Source: Lentisphaerota bacterium (GTDB lineage: Bacteria > Verrucomicrobiota > Lentisphaeria > Victivallales > SZUA-371). Taken from it: a stretch of 59,642 nt of DNA. The notes below the pieces were generated by a model. The model saw only the letters and a program-made list of their open reading frames with translations. It was not told the origin of the DNA and did not search any database. Location: positions 1 through 59,642 of the forward strand of contig QKAL01000135.1 in the NCBI GenBank assembly GCA_003246475.1. The letters are read 5' to 3'. This document shows, in pieces, positions 45,374 through 54,527 of the stretch. Position numbers and translations under genes: made by a program. Positions within the stretch are counted from its first letter, which is position 1. Every line of letters starts with the position of its first letter.

Positions 45374-46225
45374 TTATTTCTCCAAGGGTTTACGAAGAAT
45401 CAGGATCACTCCTGACGCGGTATTGACCTTCATCTTTTCATTGCTTACCGGTACCGGGGAATAACCCAGGTACCGGCACGCCAGCCCGGGAATGAAAAGG
45501 CGTAGCGGTAATGTCAGCAGTTTTCCGATTTTACTTTCACGGCAGAGCAGCTTTTCAAAACAGGAGAAGCCATACTCTCCGAAATAGATCCTTTTGACTT
45601 CTTCCAGTCCGGAGGGAATGATGAGGCGCTGTTCGATGCCCTTGACGTCGTAATGGCGTTGATAGAATACCTTGCCGCCCTGAGACGTATCGCCGTAGAC
45701 GCTGCCGTCAACATAGAAATCTGCGGCGAACCCTTCATTGACCGGAGTTGTCAGGATGTACAGTCCGCCCGGCTTCAACAGCTTTGCGGATTTGTTCATG
45801 GCTTCGGCATCGGTGTCGTCGTGGAAATGTTCGATTACCGAGATATTGGTGATGATGTCAAAACTTTCCGGTTTAAGTTCCGTAGTCAAAAAATCCTGTT
45901 CGATGATATGGAAACGGGACTTCTGTTCATCGTCGGCAAGACGCGTGACATAGTCGTTTTGCGCCCTGACCCAGGAAAATTTGTCGACACAGGTAATATC
46001 CCAGCTGGTGTTGAGCAACAGCCAGGTCGGCAGGGGGGATTCCCCGCCGGAACCAATATCCAGATATTTTCTGGCTTCATTGAAATCCCGAGAAAGCGTT
46101 TCAAGGATATACGGCAGTTCCGCGCAGCGTTCATAAGGAATGCCTTTGATTCGGAATACTCGTTTCAAGCGGTAGTAATGAGACTGGATTTTTTGGAGGA
46201 AATCCCGATTAATTTTCTGTACCAT
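45374..46225 (-). CDS. Class I SAM-dependent methyltransferase
   Basis: YLDIGSGGESPLP (motif I) and LLKPGGLYILTTP. Start taken at ATG 46225 (GGAAAGG upstream). Even so it overlaps the upstream gene by 17 nt. Confidence 0.8.
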   Translation of the reverse strand: MVQKINRDFLQKIQSHYYRLKRVFRIKGIPYERCAELPYILETLSRDFNEARKYLDIGSGGESPLPTWLLLNTSWDITCVDKFSWVRAQNDYVTRLADDEQKSRFHIIEQDFLTTELKPESFDIITNISVIEHFHDDTDAEAMNKSAKLLKPGGLYILTTPVNEGFAADFYVDGSVYGDTSQGGKVFYQRHYDVKGIEQRLIIPSGLEEVKRIYFGEYGFSCFEKLLCRESKIGKLLTLPLRLFIPGLACRYLGYSPVPVSNEKMKVNTASGVILILRKPLEK

Positions 46226-47378
46226 GTTTGAACCTTTCCATTTTTGCGAGAGCATAAACATACGGCATTATCGCCCAGCGGTACATCTCTTTGTTGTGGC
46301 GAAATCCGAAAATATCTTTCATCGAGTAAATTGTATTGTTGTGAATAAAATGGCGTTGTATCGAGTGATGCAATTCCTGTGCGAAATCATGGTCGTCCAT
46401 CAGCAAGGCCAGGTTGAGCATTTCCGCGTTATCATAGAGATCATACTTTGCGATTCCCGGTTTATTGCTGACCGCAAAGCGAGTTGCCAGTTTTGCGCCG
46501 GAATCGTAACAGTTTTTTTTAAGGAAGTCCCAGCCTTTACCCACTACATGGTTTAGTGAAGGAAGCTTTATCCGCTGTCCGGTCTTGATAAGATTTTTCA
46601 AGGTGATACAGGAGTGAAAACAGTCGATAAACGAATTCTGGTCAACAGAGTAAAACCAGCTGCCGTTATCGTGCTGCCTTCCGGCGACGAAGTTGTAAAT
46701 TTTACCAATATCCCCGCCCAGTTCCGGAGCGCTTTCCAGAAAAAGGCTGAGCGAATACATCACATAGGAGTTTGCGTTGATGACCACCCGATCGTTAAAA
46801 GGACCGTACGAGTATATCTTCAGCTGTTCGTTTTCTTTTATAACCTGCAGGTCATTTTTAAAAAACGGCAATATCTTTTCAATGATCGGATTAAAGGTTT
46901 GATCGCCGGAGATGGTGCGGTACCGGCAGAACCCTTCAAGAATATATGGTGTGATGGTGGCGAATGGGGTGAACGGCGGATATACCACATGTGGCGATAC
47001 CGCGTGTTCGAAGTTGATACCCCAGCCGATACCGTGTTGACACTTGCTGCAGTTTTTTTTCAGCCATTCCAGATGCGATCTGGCCGCCTCGAGGTATCGG
47101 TTTTCTGGGCGGATAAGGTATAATTCCAGCAATGCCTGTGTCGCGAATGCCCGTACTATCGGGGTCTCTTTTTTCTGATATCCAAGCCGAAGGCTGTTGT
47201 TCGGGAACAGATCCCAGAGCTGCAATGCTGCCGCCGCCGGAATGCCTGCCTTCGGATGGGCGTTATAAAATTTTTTGGCAGCCAGACCGATGTTTGTCGT
47301 CCATATATCATAGGGGTCGTAGGTCGACAGATCGTTGCTGAGCAGATATTTATCAATCCATGGTTGGGGCAGATTCAT
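46209..47378 (-). CDS. Uncharacterised soluble protein, alpha/alpha-toroid-like (function unknown)
   Basis: 389-aa ORF with no signal peptide or TM segment. It contains GRQHDNGSWFY, a Q-x-x-D/N-G-S-W motif like the repeats of prenyltransferase/terpene-cyclase-type toroids. Helix-rich composition. Confidence 0.6.
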   Translation of the reverse strand: MNLPQPWIDKYLLSNDLSTYDPYDIWTTNIGLAAKKFYNAHPKAGIPAAAALQLWDLFPNNSLRLGYQKKETPIVRAFATQALLELYLIRPENRYLEAARSHLEWLKKNCSKCQHGIGWGINFEHAVSPHVVYPPFTPFATITPYILEGFCRYRTISGDQTFNPIIEKILPFFKNDLQVIKENEQLKIYSYGPFNDRVVINANSYVMYSLSLFLESAPELGGDIGKIYNFVAGRQHDNGSWFYSVDQNSFIDCFHSCITLKNLIKTGQRIKLPSLNHVVGKGWDFLKKNCYDSGAKLATRFAVSNKPGIAKYDLYDNAEMLNLALLMDDHDFAQELHHSIQRHFIHNNTIYSMKDIFGFRHNKEMYRWAIMPYVYALAKMERFKHGTEN

Positions 47379-48429
47379 TTTGTTGAAAAAATTCCTTATA
47401 TCCGTTGATTACTGAATCCATACTGTAGTTTTCCAGGATGAATTTTCTGGGGGAGAGCGTCTCATAATTGGCGACGATCTCTATAACCGATTTGCGCATT
47501 TTGCCATAATCGCCGATGGCGAAAGGGCATCCCGATGTGCCCCTGACGATGTATTCGGCCATCGCTGATCCGTCGGTTCCTGCGACCGGGACGCCGCAGC
47601 TCATGGCCTCCAGTCCAACCAGACCGAGGCTCTCCGACAGGCGGGTGGACAGCAGCAGAATATCTGTCAGGGCATAGAACTCATGCATGTTATTTTTTGC
47701 ATACACCTCATGGCATGTGACTTCCGGAATCGAAGCCAGTTTTGCGTTATAAAAGTCTTTTTCTTCTCCATAGTTGATATAGTGGAAGAAAAACTTTCTG
47801 CCGGTCTCCGCCTCCAGTCCTGCCCGGTCTTCGATCAGGCGGTAGAAGAGGTCGAACCCTTTCCGGCTGGAGACGTGGGACGCGAATCCCAGATGTATTT
47901 CCCCTTTCTTTACCGGTTTGGAGTGGCTGACAAAAACATCCGTGTCCACCCCGCCGCTAGGACTGACGAAGATTCTCTCCCGCGGTATCTTCAACGCTTG
48001 CGCGACTGCTTGCGCAAAGTAACCCGACGGTGAAATATGGCGGCAGGAAGACGGAATGAACGCATAGGAGAATTGGTTTAATATTTTTACGCAGGCACTT
48101 TCGGCGATGATATCGGCCCCATGCCAGTGAATGATCAGATTCTTCATCCTTTTCAGCCGGAATGCCAGCGGTAGAAATGAATGCGGATAATTGTTGATAT
48201 AGACGTAGTCGTATCCGGAATATTGCCGGAAACTGAAAAGGCGCCAGTAATACTTTAAATAATTTATCAGTTTGACCGGGATACTGTTGCCGAAATCGAT
48301 ATCCATGACCAGTAAGTCGACGGCACAGCCAGCCCCCTCCAGCCCTGTTTTAATGCTCTGGATATAGGCGGTATAATGCGGGTTAGCCTTCGACGGATAC
48401 CCGTTGTTGATCAGCAGTATCTTTTTCAT
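47353..48429 (-). CDS. Glycosyltransferase, GT4 (GT-B fold)
   Basis: MKKILLINNGYP N-terminus and the E-x7-E region ESLGLVGLEAMSCGVPV. Confidence 0.85.
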   Translation of the reverse strand: MKKILLINNGYPSKANPHYTAYIQSIKTGLEGAGCAVDLLVMDIDFGNSIPVKLINYLKYYWRLFSFRQYSGYDYVYINNYPHSFLPLAFRLKRMKNLIIHWHGADIIAESACVKILNQFSYAFIPSSCRHISPSGYFAQAVAQALKIPRERIFVSPSGGVDTDVFVSHSKPVKKGEIHLGFASHVSSRKGFDLFYRLIEDRAGLEAETGRKFFFHYINYGEEKDFYNAKLASIPEVTCHEVYAKNNMHEFYALTDILLLSTRLSESLGLVGLEAMSCGVPVAGTDGSAMAEYIVRGTSGCPFAIGDYGKMRKSVIEIVANYETLSPRKFILENYSMDSVINGYKEFFQQNESAPTMD

Positions 48430-49603
48430 ATTTCCAGTTTATTCCGTAAAACAGAAGTACGGTTGACATTAGTTCGAGTAGATTGGCGAGTCCGAACGAA
48501 AACAGCGATTCGAACATCAGCGCCGCCAGGATTATCAGGTTGATTTTGATCGCCGGAATCGACCGGGTTTGCATGACCGGGAGACACAGCATGACCAGAT
48601 ACAGCAGTCCTCCGATCCAGGATAATTCCACGAACAGATGTGGGTAAAAGGTGTCGGTTGTGTTCATGCCGATGGTGAAATACCAGTCGAAACCGTATTG
48701 GGCATAGGTCGGAGATTCGTAGGCAACTGAGGCCGGTCCCCCGAACGCCCCCAAGCCTTCGCCGAGTAAATTGAATTTCGATAGAAATTCAACCATGACC
48801 CGGTATGATTCATATCGCGCCGAGTCGCCCGTCACAATGTAAAAATCGATTTTTTTCAGCAGCAGATCGTACATGTGGCCCAGATAGCTGGAAAAGAGAA
48901 GCGCCAGTACAAATAGCAGGGCCGTGACGAAAATGGTGTTTCGGATAATACCGAAAGAGAGCTTTTTACGAGAGAAGAGAAGCATCGGTACCAATAAAAA
49001 TGGAATCGTCTTATAGGAGAGGGTCAGCAACGTTGCGGCAAAAAAGAAAGCGATCAGAAATTTCCGGTATCTTATCTCCCTGAATGCGTAGACCAGAATG
49101 AAGGCGGAAAGATTGACGGTGGCATTGGAGACGTCGAACAGCCCGGCGTTGATGGCGAAGCCGCCGCCTTTGATACGCAACGGAATAAGCGGTTCCATCC
49201 AGGAGGTCAGCAAGCACAGATAGTTCACGGCCTGGAAGAGGTCCGACACCAGAGCTCCCACAATAATCAGGTTGATAAAGAGATCGATTTTTTTGCGATA
49301 TGAATAACCGAAAAACAATACTGCGGGAAGAAACATGAACCGTACAAATTCCTCTGCCGCCGCCTGATAGTTAAAGCTGACGAAGAAATTAACTACAAGG
49401 TCAATGACAAACAACGATGTCAGAAAAACAAGATTGCGGTTGAAATTCAAACGGAAAAAGGAAAAGGTGCACAACAACAACAAGGCGCATATCTTTAAAC
49501 GGGTGGCGACGGTCGGCATAAAATTCATCATGGCTTCGGACAGGAAGACCATCAGAAAGCACAGAACTACCGCCACATTTTCCCGACCGAGTTTAATTTT
49601 CAT
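48383..49603 (-). CDS. O-antigen polymerase/ligase-family membrane protein (Wzy-like)
   Basis: About 10-12 TM helices and a periplasmic loop with GEGLGAFGGPASVAY (Wzy_C-type GxGxGxF). Start at ATG 49603 (MKIKLGREN). The track start 49777 lies inside the upstream GT gene. Confidence 0.7.
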   Translation of the reverse strand: MKIKLGRENVAVVLCFLMVFLSEAMMNFMPTVATRLKICALLLLCTFSFFRLNFNRNLVFLTSLFVIDLVVNFFVSFNYQAAAEEFVRFMFLPAVLFFGYSYRKKIDLFINLIIVGALVSDLFQAVNYLCLLTSWMEPLIPLRIKGGGFAINAGLFDVSNATVNLSAFILVYAFREIRYRKFLIAFFFAATLLTLSYKTIPFLLVPMLLFSRKKLSFGIIRNTIFVTALLFVLALLFSSYLGHMYDLLLKKIDFYIVTGDSARYESYRVMVEFLSKFNLLGEGLGAFGGPASVAYESPTYAQYGFDWYFTIGMNTTDTFYPHLFVELSWIGGLLYLVMLCLPVMQTRSIPAIKINLIILAALMFESLFSFGLANLLELMSTVLLFYGINWKYEKDTADQQRVSVEG

Positions 49604-50804
49604 CTGCGCCTCCCGAACTGTTCTGGAAGATACCACGCTCGACAAAACGTTCCCAACGATATAACTTTTGTGCCGGTACTGCCCGTTCCAGACGCGTTGC
49701 CCGGTAGTGTTCCTTTTCCCGGCAGATATGGAGTAATGCCTGTGACAAATTTTCGATACGGTTCCCACGGCAGTCAACGGCGAGCCCCGAGTGTTCCAGA
49801 TGGATGAATTCGTTGGTTGCCGTATTGGTCTGTTCTGAATCGAATCCGATTATGGGGGTGCCGCAGCATAATGATTCGGCAAAGACATGTCCATAGGATT
49901 CGTAATAGGTCGGCAAAACCGTGACGTCGGCGATATTGTAATATTGTGGCAGCATGTCGTGGTTGAGGTTGCCGGTGAAAATAACGTCAGCGCCGGAATT
50001 CTGTTCAAGATGTTTCTTCAACTCGCCTTCGCCAATGAAAACCAGCCGTTTATTTTTCTCCGGCAGTGCCTTGAATGCTTTTAGCAGTATGTCCGGGTTT
50101 TTTCCGGCGGACAGGCGGCCTGCATAAACGACAACGAAGTCATCATTCGAGAAGCCAAGTTGCTGTCGCAGTTTCAGGCGGCACTCGTTGCTCAACGGGG
50201 CGAATCTGGTTTCATCCACGCCGCCGGGAACAGTGTCGATACATGCCGGCCGGTATTTCTTCCTGATCTGTCTTTGCAGATTGGCACTGAAAGTGAGGAC
50301 GCGGATGTTGGTTGAATACAATTTCCGTTCCAGGATATTGTCGATAAACATGCATGACGCGTTGAAGACGATTTTCATGAGGTGTCGCGGAGAGGGCATC
50401 CCCCAGGCATTTTTTATCACCCCGCGGTAGCCGTCGCAGGAGATGCAAGGGGGAATGAAAACCAGTTTATCCGTACCGATAACGATTGCGGTGGCCAGCG
50501 TTTGATGCAGATAACGGCAGATAATCAGGTCGGCTTTTTCATACATCTCCCGGTTTTTCCTCACATATTGCCGGAAGCTGAAGAACCCCTTAAGCGGCGG
50601 CAGGATAAGGAACGGGAATTTACCTGAATTATAGAAAGCATGCTCCGGGGTACTTTCATTTTCATTACCGTGGGAGATGATCCGGATGTTGTGCCCTTGC
50701 CCGTTCAGGATACGGTGAATCTGGGCGATACTGTTTTCGATGCCGCCCACTCCCGGATAATTCTGGGTTTGGATGATAATATTTCTAAACTGATTTTCTG
50801 ACAT
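49593..50804 (-). CDS. Glycosyltransferase, GT4 (GT-B fold)
   Basis: NYPGVGGIENS N-terminal block and YESYGHVFAESLCCGTPIIGFD (E-x7-E). Start at ATG 50804, 2 nt after the upstream stop. Confidence 0.85.
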   Translation of the reverse strand: MSENQFRNIIIQTQNYPGVGGIENSIAQIHRILNGQGHNIRIISHGNENESTPEHAFYNSGKFPFLILPPLKGFFSFRQYVRKNREMYEKADLIICRYLHQTLATAIVIGTDKLVFIPPCISCDGYRGVIKNAWGMPSPRHLMKIVFNASCMFIDNILERKLYSTNIRVLTFSANLQRQIRKKYRPACIDTVPGGVDETRFAPLSNECRLKLRQQLGFSNDDFVVVYAGRLSAGKNPDILLKAFKALPEKNKRLVFIGEGELKKHLEQNSGADVIFTGNLNHDMLPQYYNIADVTVLPTYYESYGHVFAESLCCGTPIIGFDSEQTNTATNEFIHLEHSGLAVDCRGNRIENLSQALLHICREKEHYRATRLERAVPAQKLYRWERFVERGIFQNSSGGADEN

Positions 50805-50806
50805 CT

Positions 50807-52138
50807 TTATCGGGATGGTTTTGACGGATTGTAAAAGAGGAACTTTATCGGGTGTTTTAAACTTCCGGGATAACGGTAGAGGAAGTGCCCGACCATTTCC
50901 ATGATCCGGGGGTGTTTCCGCAGCCATGTTTTCACGGTTGTATTGCGAAAAAACGCCAGAAGAACACATTGTACCGTAAATACCATTTTGTACTTAAGTG
51001 GATACTTTCGCGTGAACTCTTCATTGTAATCATATTTAAGATGCGGCTGACGCAACTTCTTTTTGACTTCATTTCTCCACAAGGACGGAAAGAACTTGGC
51101 GATGACGATTGTCGTCGGCGTACCGCAGGTATATTCTTCATCCGACATCCGGCGGCATTCGATTTTTCCGGCGGCAACCGCTTCGGCAAGGATTTTTTCA
51201 CCGACCGGAGCACGGCAGACAACAGCGGTCTCACGTTTCCGCCCCTTGTGGTAATCGCCCATGGTCATATCCGCCAGTACATTCGACGCCTCCGGACAGA
51301 TGTAACACCTTTCCAGATTGAAAAGCGGAACTGCGATGTCCAGCCACGGGTAGAGGTATTTGTCCATGTAGGTACCGTCCGAAAGTTGAAATCTGGCGTA
51401 ACCGGGATACTCACCGCAGCGCCAGCCGATAAAACGAGTGCCTTCCGAAGGAAATTTAAGTCCGATGGTACTGGCAATAGCGGTGAGCGAATCGTAAGTC
51501 TGGACCTGGCCGCAATAGAGCCCCAGAGACAGTACCAGACAGTCTTTGAGTTTTGGAAAAATCTTTTCCGCGTTGCGCCAGCCAGCCATCTGGCATGGAC
51601 ATACCGTAATGGCGATCTTACGGGGTTCCCGGATCAATTGCTTGATAATGCTGAGCATCGGTACCGGTCCGTATTTGCTGCGTTTGGATTCATAGACGAC
51701 TTCCGGATCGGAAGTCAGATGTACTTCCGGAAAATTATTGCTGCCGATCGCCGTTACAGCTACTGCATCTACCTGCTTCGATTCCAGAAGATAAAGGAGC
51801 AGTTCGGTGGTAACGCCCCCGGAGGCCGCAAGTACCCTGGTCTGAGGATTGGTTGAATACCCCATGTGGCAGCTGCGAACCACCCCGTCGAGCGGATTGT
51901 ATTTGTCCCCGGAAGCCTTTGCCTGTTCCTCTGCCATGGCGTTGACCGGATAACCTCTGCCCGGACATACTTTCAGACATAGACCGCAATCGACGCAGCG
52001 TGACGGTTCCAGTTGTGGCGTGTGGCCTAGGGACGGATCGATTGTCAGTGCGTCATGCAAACAGACCCCCACGCAGCCGCCGCAACCGCAACAAAGTCCT
52101 TTTTTAATAACTTCCGAATCCAAAGTATCAAAACTCAT
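50807..52138 (-). CDS. FrhB-family (coenzyme F420 hydrogenase/dehydrogenase beta-like) Fe-S flavoprotein
   Basis: N-terminal 2x[4Fe-4S] ferredoxin motifs CCGCGGCVGVC and CVDCGLCLKVCPG, followed by an FrhB-like N/C domain (ASGGVTTELLLYLL...). Confidence 0.8.
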   Translation of the reverse strand: MSFDTLDSEVIKKGLCCGCGGCVGVCLHDALTIDPSLGHTPQLEPSRCVDCGLCLKVCPGRGYPVNAMAEEQAKASGDKYNPLDGVVRSCHMGYSTNPQTRVLAASGGVTTELLLYLLESKQVDAVAVTAIGSNNFPEVHLTSDPEVVYESKRSKYGPVPMLSIIKQLIREPRKIAITVCPCQMAGWRNAEKIFPKLKDCLVLSLGLYCGQVQTYDSLTAIASTIGLKFPSEGTRFIGWRCGEYPGYARFQLSDGTYMDKYLYPWLDIAVPLFNLERCYICPEASNVLADMTMGDYHKGRKRETAVVCRAPVGEKILAEAVAAGKIECRRMSDEEYTCGTPTTIVIAKFFPSLWRNEVKKKLRQPHLKYDYNEEFTRKYPLKYKMVFTVQCVLLAFFRNTTVKTWLRKHPRIMEMVGHFLYRYPGSLKHPIKFLFYNPSKPSR

Positions 52139-52182
52139 ATCTCATACTCATGTTGATGAATGGTTAAACAAATTGTCCCCGG

Positions 52183-53010
52183 TTAACTTTTTTTGCGGGC
52201 GAGGATGACGATTTCCCTGAAAAACCGGTGGAATATTCTGCTTCTGCCGAGGATTATCGCCGGGATACCGGTCAGGGAGATAAGAATCCGGCGCAAAGGT
52301 TCGAGAAAACCGAGAGCCGGTTTGCCGACACCGATAGACAGGATGTCCAGAAGGAATAACCAGTTGAAACGTACAGCGACAATCTCAAAACCGTTCTTTC
52401 GCAACATTGCGGTCAGTTCTCCCGGCGAATTGAAGTTGTTTATGGCCGTTTCCGTTCCCAGTTTACGCTGTATGTTACGGCTTCGATTGTAAATGCACTG
52501 GCGATTGTGAACGAGGATGATGAGATGTCCCTGCGATGTCAGGATATCGTTGACCCTCGAGATCGCTTTATTCTGATCCGGCAGATGTTGCAGAACGGAT
52601 ATCTGAGTGGCGATATCGAAGGTGTTATCGGCGACGGTATTTATTTCGACCGCGTCGTCAACCATATATGTCAGCCGGTCTGAAAGCTGTTTTTTTGCGG
52701 CGTTTTCTGTGGCGACAACAACATTCTGCTGCGCAAAGTCGATGCCTGTGACCTGTTCACAGTGTCCGGTCAATACTTCCGCCCATACGCCGGTTCCGGT
52801 ACCGATGTCGATGCCTTTTTTCAGTCCGTGCAGCTTATTGAGAAATGCACCGATAATCTTTGCTCGCGTCGAGTGGTTGATCCGCGCCAGATTCCAGGCG
52901 GTGTTTTCCAGCCTGTCGCTGCGCTCTTTTGCGACGCGTTCGTAATGTGACTTGACCAATTGAGCTTTTGTTGTTAAATCTTCCATCTCTATATCCTGAA
53001 TAATATTCAT
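52183..53010 (-). CDS. Class I SAM-dependent methyltransferase
   Basis: GIDIGTGTGVWAEVL (motif I), VTGIDFA and LTSQGHLIILVHN. Confidence 0.8.
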   Translation of the reverse strand: MNIIQDIEMEDLTTKAQLVKSHYERVAKERSDRLENTAWNLARINHSTRAKIIGAFLNKLHGLKKGIDIGTGTGVWAEVLTGHCEQVTGIDFAQQNVVVATENAAKKQLSDRLTYMVDDAVEINTVADNTFDIATQISVLQHLPDQNKAISRVNDILTSQGHLIILVHNRQCIYNRSRNIQRKLGTETAINNFNSPGELTAMLRKNGFEIVAVRFNWLFLLDILSIGVGKPALGFLEPLRRILISLTGIPAIILGRSRIFHRFFREIVILARKKS

Positions 53011-53021
53011 TAAAATTAATC

Positions 53022-54527
53022 TTATACGGCACCCCGGGAAAAGACGCTTTCACGCAATGTACCCGGTTCGTTACGCTTCAACGCCCGCAACAGCCGGATG
53101 ATTTCTTTGAAGGTAATCCCGTTGAGCTTCAAGTATATCAACCCCGTAATCATGGTGATGATTCCCGATATGGCAATGCCGGATTGCGGCAGCATCAGTT
53201 TTACCCCGGCCAGTACCACGCTAACCGCCACCGCCGAGGTGAAACAACGTGGTATCTGGCGCGATTTTCTGATTTTGAACAGCACATAGCCGTGGTTCAC
53301 CGATGAGATGATGATGACTGCGACCACCTTGGAAATTACAATCGCCAGAATCCCATACGAACGGAGAAACAGCACGGTCCCGGCAATCTGAATTGTGATC
53401 TGGATGATACTGGTTACCGTCCTCCACATGTTCATTTCCGAGGCCAGCAGTACTGACAGCGTTGCCAGCGCATGTCCACGGAAGACGTTTACCAGGCAGA
53501 ACATAATCAAAATCCAAGCGTATTTTGTATATCCTTCCCCATAGATCCCGAGGATGTTGTCGCTGAATCCGATCATTACGATGACCATGCCGGTCATGAG
53601 TGTCATGCCGGTGAAATAGGTAACGGAAAAGGTCTGTTTATAGGCATTGGCGTCACCTGACATCTTAGAGAAGATCGGCAATGTGATCGACAGCAGCAGT
53701 ATCGGCAGATAATCCGTAAGCGACAACAACGTTATTACCGCCTGATAGTAGCCCAGATCCCTGAATCCGTCCAGCGACAGAATACAGAAACGGTCAAACT
53801 GGTTATAGACAAAGGTAAATATCGTGGCCAGATGTGAGGAGAGTGTAAACGCCCAGAAGCCTTTAGGGAAATAAAGCTTCTGCCGTACTCTCAGTTTGTG
53901 ACGGTATAAACTGAACGCCAGAAAACCGGTCGCCAGCAGGTACGCCAGCATGAACAGCTTAAGAATGGTTCCATATTCGTTGCCCTCAAACCAGACCGGC
54001 CGGACGCAGAAGATAAAGCCGATGCCGAGAAAAGGCACGAATCTGACGATGAAATTGGCGACTGCCGAGGATCGGAATTTCATCTCTCCTATTCCCGCTC
54101 CCATCAGTATGCTGAAAACCAGTACCGCCAGCGAGATGACAATGAAATTTTTTAAAAATCCCGGATCTACTTCTTTGCGCAGCAGGAAGAACAGCAGCTG
54201 CGGGTAAAAATACAGTACGAGTGAGAACAGCAGCATGAACGACATTATCAGTGCCCCATACGAAGAGACGAAGGCGTTTTTCATGGTGTCGGAGTCGATC
54301 TTGGGCAGGTAATTACTGAGAACGGTCTCGCCGCCGAAGAGAACGAAAGTCAGAATCGTGCTTATCAGCATCTGAACGAGAGCGAAATAACCCAGTGTTT
54401 CAGGATTGATACGGCCCAGCAGCACAGTGGCCAGATAGGTACAGCCGGTCCCGGCGGTATTCGCGATTACCACCCATTTGGCGCCAGATAATCCTTTCGC
54501 GGATATTTTTTCTTTTTCTTCGCTCAT
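53022..54527 (-). CDS. Oligosaccharide flippase (Wzx, MOP/PST family)
   Basis: 12-14 TM helices and a Polysacc_synt-like N-terminus KGLSGAKWVVIANTAG. Start at ATG 54527, forming an ATGA overlap with the upstream stop. Confidence 0.85.
   Translation of the reverse strand: MSEEKEKISAKGLSGAKWVVIANTAGTGCTYLATVLLGRINPETLGYFALVQMLISTILTFVLFGGETVLSNYLPKIDSDTMKNAFVSSYGALIMSFMLLFSLVLYFYPQLLFFLLRKEVDPGFLKNFIVISLAVLVFSILMGAGIGEMKFRSSAVANFIVRFVPFLGIGFIFCVRPVWFEGNEYGTILKLFMLAYLLATGFLAFSLYRHKLRVRQKLYFPKGFWAFTLSSHLATIFTFVYNQFDRFCILSLDGFRDLGYYQAVITLLSLTDYLPILLLSITLPIFSKMSGDANAYKQTFSVTYFTGMTLMTGMVIVMIGFSDNILGIYGEGYTKYAWILIMFCLVNVFRGHALATLSVLLASEMNMWRTVTSIIQITIQIAGTVLFLRSYGILAIVISKVVAVIIISSVNHGYVLFKIRKSRQIPRCFTSAVAVSVVLAGVKLMLPQSGIAISGIITMITGLIYLKLNGITFKEIIRLLRALKRNEPGTLRESVFSRGAV

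Noticed and set aside
50885-51856. 323-aa plus-strand ORF inside the FrhB-like gene
   Set aside because: A codon-aligned shadow (50885-50807 = 78). The sense strand carries clear Fe-S cluster motifs.
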